Assembly (NCBI RefSeq): GCF_029978005.1
Contig: NZ_JARKOZ010000123.1
Span: forward strand, 3,210-67,209
From: Solidesulfovibrio sp.
Lineage (GTDB): Bacteria; Desulfobacterota; Desulfovibrionia; Desulfovibrionales; Desulfovibrionaceae
Length of the DNA stretch: 64,000 nucleotides
Reading direction: 5' to 3'
The notes under the pieces are model-generated. The model was given only the letters and a program-made list of their open reading frames with translations. It was not told where the DNA came from and ran no database searches. Every line of letters starts with the position of its first letter. The stretch's first letter is position 1. Positions 59,311 through 64,000 of this stretch are shown here, piece after piece. The position numbers were made by a program, and so were the translations under genes.

Positions 59311-61725
59311 TTAGAACATCTGCTCGGTGCGGGAGATGATGTCCTCCTGGATGGCCTGGTCCAGGGAGGTGAAGAACGCGCTGTAGCCGGCCACGCGCAC
59401 CACCAGCCCCCGGTAGTTTTCGGGATGCGCCTGGGCGTCCCGCAGGGTTTCCTTGTTGATGACGTTGTACTGGATGTGGGTGCCGCCGCCGTTGAAGAGC
59501 GTCTCGGTCACGGCGATGAGGTTGGAAATGCCCTGGCTGTCCTTGAGGGCGTTGGGGTGGAACTTCATGTTGAGCAGGGTGCCGTTGGAGGCGATGACGT
59601 GGTCGAGCTTGGTCACGGACTTGACCGAGGCCGTGGGGCCGGAGTGGTCCATGCCCGAGACCGGGGAGACGCCGTCGGCCAGGGGCGCGCCGGCCTTGCG
59701 GCCGTCCGGGGTCGCGCCGACCACCGCGCCGAGCGGCACGTTGGCCGAGACCGGATAGAGCCCGGGCTGGAAGCCGCCGCCCCGGGGGTTGGTGTATTTC
59801 TCCACCTCGCGGCAGTAGGCCAGGGCCGCCTCGTGGGCGATGTCGTCGGCGTAGGGCTCGTCGTTGCCGTACTTGGGGGCGCGGTTGAGCAGCATCTGGC
59901 GCAGGCTCTCGCCGGCAACCCCGGCGAAGTCGTCGGCCAGGGCCGCCTTGATCTCGGCCAGGGTCACGGCCTTGTCCTCGTAGACGAGCTTTTTGAGCGC
60001 CGCCAGGGAGTCGGCCACGTTGGCCACGCCCACGCCCTGGGGACCGGTGAAGTTGTAGTGCGCGCCGCCCTGCTGCAGGGACAGGCCCTTGGCGATGCAG
60101 TCGTCGACCAGGGAGGACAGGAAGGGCAGGGGGGCGCGCTGGCCGTGAGCCACGTCCACGGCGTTGTCCGAGATCACCAGCAGCTTGACGAAGTGGGCCA
60201 TCTGCTTGCGGTAGGCGGCCATGAGGTCGTCGTAGGTGGCGAGCGTGGTCAGCTCGCCGGTGCTCGGGCCCAGGCGTTCGCCGGAAAGCGGGTCCACGCC
60301 GTCGTTTATGGTCAGCTCCAGCACCTTGGCGATGTTGAAGAAGGCCGCGTCGTGCCAGCCCTCGGTCTTGCCGCCCACCTGGGGCTCCACGCAGCCGATG
60401 ATGCCGTAGTCGCGGGCGTCCTCGCGGGTCAGGCCGCGGCTTAAAAGCGCCGGGATGATGAACCGGTCGTTGTAGTAGGCCGGCATGCCGAGCCCCAGGC
60501 GCGTGACCTCGGCCGCCTTCTCGTACAGGGCGCGCGGCGTGTCGCTGTGGACGCGGATGGAGATGGAGGGCTGGTAGAGCTTGGTGTTGGCCGTGGCCTG
60601 CAGGCACATGTAGGACAGGGGGTTGGTGGCGTCCTCGCCCTCGCGGTCCACGCCGCCGACGATGAGGTTCTGGAACATGGGATAGCCGCCGAAGGCCTTG
60701 GTGGAGCCTTCGTCGCGCACCTTGTTGATCTCGTTGAACTTGATGAAGAGCAGGTCCAGGAGCTCCTGGGCCTTTTCGGCCGTGACGGCCTTGTCGGCGA
60801 GCAGGTGCGGGAACAGGTACTGGTCGAAGCGCATGGGCGAGATGGAGTGCCCGTTGGATTCGATCTGCAGGACGAGCTGGATGAACCAGAAGGACTGGAG
60901 GGCTTCGGCGAAGCTCCCGGCCGGCTCGGCCGGCACCTTGGCGCACACGCGGGCGATTTCCAGCAGTTCGGCCTTGCGGCCCGGGTCGGCCTCCGTGGCG
61001 GCCATGTCGGCGGCCAGGGCGGAAAAGCGGCCGGCGAAGCGGATGACGGCTTTGTTGGCGGCGGTCACGGCGGTCAGGAACTGGTGCTTGGCCAGGTGGG
61101 CCGGGTTGGTGAGCTCGAGCTTGGCCAGCTCGGCCTCGGCCGCGGCGACGACGCCCGAAAGGCCTTTTTCCAGGACCAGGGCATAGTCCACGCTGATGTG
61201 CCCCACGCCGTTGAAATAGTAGTTGCCCACGGTGAAAACGCCCCGGCGCTGGGCCTCCTTGCTTTCCGGGGTCATGAGCGCCGTGGCCAGCTCGTTGGTG
61301 GTGCGGCCGTTCCAGTAGGGGAAGAGTTCGCGCAGGACGGCTTTTTTCTCCTCGGAGATGAGGAACACGTCGCCGGTGCGCTTTTCCAGGCGGTCGAGCT
61401 CGTCCTCCAGCCATTTGCAGGAGAATTCCGGGAACACCGGGGCCGAGCGGGGCTTGGTGCACTGGTTGCCGACGATGATCTCGTCGGGCTGGATGAAGAT
61501 GGTCATGTTGTCGAGGATCTTCTCCAGGGCCCTGGCCCGGCGCAGGATCACGGGCTGGTCCTCGGTCTCCTTGTAGGCGGCGGTGACGAGCTGGGCCCGC
61601 TCCACGCAGATTTCCGGGACGACGGCGATGAACCGTTCCCGGATGGCCTCCACCCGGGCGGTGGGTCCGGGCAGCTGCAACACGTCGATCTTCTCGAGCA
61701 AGGCTTGTTCGGCTGGGCTTGTCAT
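59311..61725 (-). CDS. Glycyl radical enzyme, diol (1,2-propanediol/glycerol) dehydratase class
   Basis: 804 aa; GVGHISVDY, SNGHSISP, GCVEP, EGWHDAAFFN, GLYPVSANV, C-terminal glycyl motif RVAGYS; RBS AGGAGG. Confidence 0.9.
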   Translation of the reverse strand: MTSPAEQALLEKIDVLQLPGPTARVEAIRERFIAVVPEICVERAQLVTAAYKETEDQPVILRRARALEKILDNMTIFIQPDEIIVGNQCTKPRSAPVFPEFSCKWLEDELDRLEKRTGDVFLISEEKKAVLRELFPYWNGRTTNELATALMTPESKEAQRRGVFTVGNYYFNGVGHISVDYALVLEKGLSGVVAAAEAELAKLELTNPAHLAKHQFLTAVTAANKAVIRFAGRFSALAADMAATEADPGRKAELLEIARVCAKVPAEPAGSFAEALQSFWFIQLVLQIESNGHSISPMRFDQYLFPHLLADKAVTAEKAQELLDLLFIKFNEINKVRDEGSTKAFGGYPMFQNLIVGGVDREGEDATNPLSYMCLQATANTKLYQPSISIRVHSDTPRALYEKAAEVTRLGLGMPAYYNDRFIIPALLSRGLTREDARDYGIIGCVEPQVGGKTEGWHDAAFFNIAKVLELTINDGVDPLSGERLGPSTGELTTLATYDDLMAAYRKQMAHFVKLLVISDNAVDVAHGQRAPLPFLSSLVDDCIAKGLSLQQGGAHYNFTGPQGVGVANVADSLAALKKLVYEDKAVTLAEIKAALADDFAGVAGESLRQMLLNRAPKYGNDEPYADDIAHEAALAYCREVEKYTNPRGGGFQPGLYPVSANVPLGAVVGATPDGRKAGAPLADGVSPVSGMDHSGPTASVKSVTKLDHVIASNGTLLNMKFHPNALKDSQGISNLIAVTETLFNGGGTHIQYNVINKETLRDAQAHPENYRGLVVRVAGYSAFFTSLDQAIQEDIISRTEQMF

Positions 61726-62386
61726 GACGGCGTCCTCCTGATGACGTTGGATGCGCGGGAAACCCCTTTCGACGACGGGCGGCTCGCGGTCCCGGGCCCG
61801 GCGAGGAAAACCGTTCGGCGACGTCGAACGGGCGGATCGTCTTGGAATCCGATGTTTGCCCATTACGTCTTTTTCGCGGAGTCACTCTATCACCAAGAAG
61901 GGTGATTTTTCTCCCCCGGCCGTGGTATTTCGCGCCGCTTGCCGCCCTGTGCCCGCATTTTTCCATTAGGAACCGTGACAGGAATCCCGCCGGGCGGGGC
62001 CGTCCGACGGACGGCGGCCGCTCGCGGCGGCGACGCGCCCGGGCAGGCCGGGTCGCCGGTTCGCCCGGCAGCGTCGCCGCTGTCGCCCCTGGGGCGGGGC
62101 TGTCTGCGTCCCGAACATAGGAATTTATCGGTACGCAAATGTTCGCTGATTCGTCGTCGTCTGGCCGGGTGGCGACTTCGCGTGGAGAGGATTTCGATTG
62201 TGGCAAACTTTCTAAAGTTTCATGGAAATCGTGCGCCCTTCACGGCCTGTCGCCCAGGCGCGCCAGCCGGGGGGTGCGCCGTTTTCCTGGGGTACTATTG
62301 ACGTAATAGTTTTACAATTGTATCCAGAACGTCACCATACGAGCGTTCGCCGCCCGGTCCCGCGCCGACGGCAAGGGAGCTTGTCC

Positions 62387-63334
62387 ATGACCTGGCACGA
62401 TGAGAGCGAAAACCAGCTCATCTCCCGCGTCGCCTGGCTGTATTTCAACGAGGAGCTCACCCAGGCCGAAATCGGCGAACGGCTTGGCCTCACCCGCCTC
62501 AAGGTCAACCGCCTGCTCCAGGCCGGGCGCGAGGCCGGCCTCATCCGGGTCGTCATCAACACCGCCTTCAAGGACTGCGTGGAGCTCGAAGCCGGCCTCG
62601 TCCGGGAGTACGGCCTGGTGCGCGCCATCGTCGTGCCCACCCCCGAGCGCGGCGGGCTGCACTACTACGACGCCGTCGGCCGGCCGGCCGGCGAATACGC
62701 CTCCCTGCAACTGCGCGACGGGCAGCGCTTCGGCGTGGGCTGGGGCTACACCATGCGCGCCGCCATAAACGGCATGGTCAGCCGGACCGTGCGCGGCGTC
62801 TCCGTGACCTCGCTCTACGGCGGCGTCCCCAGAAGCCCGGTCAACCCCTTCGACTCCACGGCCATGTTCGCCCGAAAGCTCCAGGCCGAGGTCTGCAACC
62901 ACCTGCCCGCGCCCATGTTCGTCTCCACCCCGGAGGTGCGCGAGACCATCGCCGCCCAGCCCTTTTTCCGCACCTTCTACCAGGAAGCCCTGGATGTGGA
63001 CATGATCCTGACGGCCGTGGGCGACATCTCCGCCCAGGCCACCAACATCGCGCTGGGGGCCATCACCCAGGACCAGCGCCGCGACCTGGCCCGGGCCGGG
63101 GCCGTGGGCGAATTCTTCGGCCGCTTCCTGGACGCGGCGGGAAACGTGGTGGACCACGAGGTCAACCGTTGCAGCATGTCCCCGGATTTCGCCGGGCTGT
63201 GCAAGGTCCCCCACATCGTCCTGGTCTCCGGGGGCATGGCCAAGACGCCCATACTGCAAGCCGTGCTGCGGCGCGGCTACGTCCACGTGTGCGTCACGGA
63301 CGCGGGCACGGCCGCCAGCCTGCTCAACGTTTAG
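62387..63334 (+). CDS. SorC/DeoR-like sugar-binding transcriptional regulator
   Basis: VAWLYFNEELTQAEIGERLGLTRLKVNRLL HTH; GVGWGYT; LPAPMFV; GAVGEFFG; TDAGTA. Confidence 0.92.
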   Translation: MTWHDESENQLISRVAWLYFNEELTQAEIGERLGLTRLKVNRLLQAGREAGLIRVVINTAFKDCVELEAGLVREYGLVRAIVVPTPERGGLHYYDAVGRPAGEYASLQLRDGQRFGVGWGYTMRAAINGMVSRTVRGVSVTSLYGGVPRSPVNPFDSTAMFARKLQAEVCNHLPAPMFVSTPEVRETIAAQPFFRTFYQEALDVDMILTAVGDISAQATNIALGAITQDQRRDLARAGAVGEFFGRFLDAAGNVVDHEVNRCSMSPDFAGLCKVPHIVLVSGGMAKTPILQAVLRRGYVHVCVTDAGTAASLLNV

Positions 63335-63347
63335 CCGAGGTGGAATC

Positions 63348-64000
63348 ATGGACAGACAGGAACACCTGCGCCGTCTCCAGGACGGGGAAACCTTCGACCT
63401 CCTGGTCGTCGGCGGCGGGGCCACGGGCTGCGGCATCGCCCTGGACGCCGCCACCCGGGGGCTTCGCGTCGCCCTGGTCGAGCGCGACGACTTCGCCCAG
63501 GGCACCAGCAGCAAGAGCACCAAGCTCGTGCACGGCGGGGTGCGCTACCTGGAAAAGGCCATCATGAAGGCCGACAAGGAGCAGTTCGACCTGGTGCGCG
63601 AGGGGCTTCGCGAACGCGGCCGGCTGCTCAAAAACGCCCCCCACCTGGCCCATCCCATCCGCCTCATGACCCCGGTCAGGACCTGGTTCCAGGCCGCCTA
63701 CATCTTTGCGGGCCTGGTGCTCTACGACCTGCTCGCCGGCCGCCTGGCCCTGGGCCGCAGCCGCCTGGTCGGCCGGGCCACGGCGCAAAAGCTCTTCCCG
63801 CAGCTCAACCTCGACGGCTACGCCGCCGCGGTCATCTACTACGACGGCCAGTTCAACGACGCGCGCATGGCCGTGGCCCTGGCCCGCACCGCCGCTTCCC
63901 ACGGGGCCGTGTGCGCCAACCACGTGGAAGTGACCGGCCTGGTCAAGGAAAATGGCCGCATCCGGGGGGCCGAGCTTCGCGACCGCATCGGCGGCCGGAC
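63348..64000 (+). CDS. glpD: FAD-dependent glycerol-3-phosphate dehydrogenase/oxidase (GlpD/GlpA-like), truncated at window end
   Basis: Manual translation MDRQEHLRRLQDGETFDLLVVGGGATGCGIALDAATRG...GTSSKSTKLVHGGVRYLE...YYDGQFNDARM. Confidence 0.9.
   Translation, partial: MDRQEHLRRLQDGETFDLLVVGGGATGCGIALDAATRGLRVALVERDDFAQGTSSKSTKLVHGGVRYLEKAIMKADKEQFDLVREGLRERGRLLKNAPHLAHPIRLMTPVRTWFQAAYIFAGLVLYDLLAGRLALGRSRLVGRATAQKLFPQLNLDGYAAAVIYYDGQFNDARMAVALARTAASHGAVCANHVEVTGLVKENGRIRGAELRDRIGGR

Noticed and set aside
59311-61725. Isethionate or DHPS sulfite-lyase, or choline TMA-lyase, assignment for the GRE
   Set aside because: Motifs (GCVEP, NGHS, WHDAAFF, YPVSANV) match the diol-dehydratase class as I recall it. 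The GRE is ~27 kb from the TauE/ABC cluster and has its own PocR/glp context.
12432-62206. Long antisense or alternate-frame ORFs (e.g. 12432-14483, 25316-27478, 43764-46664, 45097-48168, 58211-62206)
   Set aside because: Shadow ORFs typical of high-GC DNA, overlapping well-supported genes, with low-complexity Arg/Gly/Pro/Ala translations.

Overview
64 kb of a GC-rich bacterial chromosome, most likely Desulfovibrionaceae (Solidesulfovibrio-like). This is inferred from the Desulfovibrio-type porin, the PAS sigma54 activator and the gene styles; no database search was possible. The window has five blocks. (1) 1-~850: right junction of a tRNA-Arg(TCT)-integrated element, with a tRNA 3' fragment and decayed Mrr-like and umuC remnants. 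(2) ~850-21180: an AT-richer, partly decayed stress/osmoadaptation region containing DUF883, a PAS-sigma54 activator, opgG (broken)-opgH, a multi-BON pseudogene, DUF3309, CsbD, GH75, a glycogen debranching enzyme, treZ, PRC-barrel and SH3 genes, plus relics of cas3 and a GDSL esterase. Two copies of a 35-bp palindrome sit ~112-115 bp upstream of sigma54-like promoters. (3) 21443-32676: a very GC-rich LacI-controlled catabolic cluster (beta-hydroxyacid dehydrogenase, AlkP-superfamily phosphodiesterase, NitT/TauT ABC importer with two complementary-degenerate ATPases, atypical LarA-family protein, TauE exporter), followed by an IS256 relic and a low-GC GT2 gene. (4) 37448-50403: a two-decarboxylase prFMN phenolic-acid locus (ubiX, lpdD, BsdC/VdcC-type C+D, AroY/LpdC-type) with two paralogous SLC13 permeases, two LysR regulators, NIPSNAP and an MCP. 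(5) 50714-64000: a porin, a 7TM-DISM two-component system, a PocR-domain kinase and response regulator, a glycyl-radical diol dehydratase with its activase, and a divergent SorC/DeoR regulator and glycerol-3-phosphate dehydrogenase (partial). No CRISPR array, rRNA or intact tRNA is present. The best candidates for undescribed systems are the LarA/asymmetric-ABC catabolic regulon, the palindrome-plus-sigma54 stress regulon, and the PocR-sensed glycyl-radical diol dehydratase with no microcompartment genes in the window.
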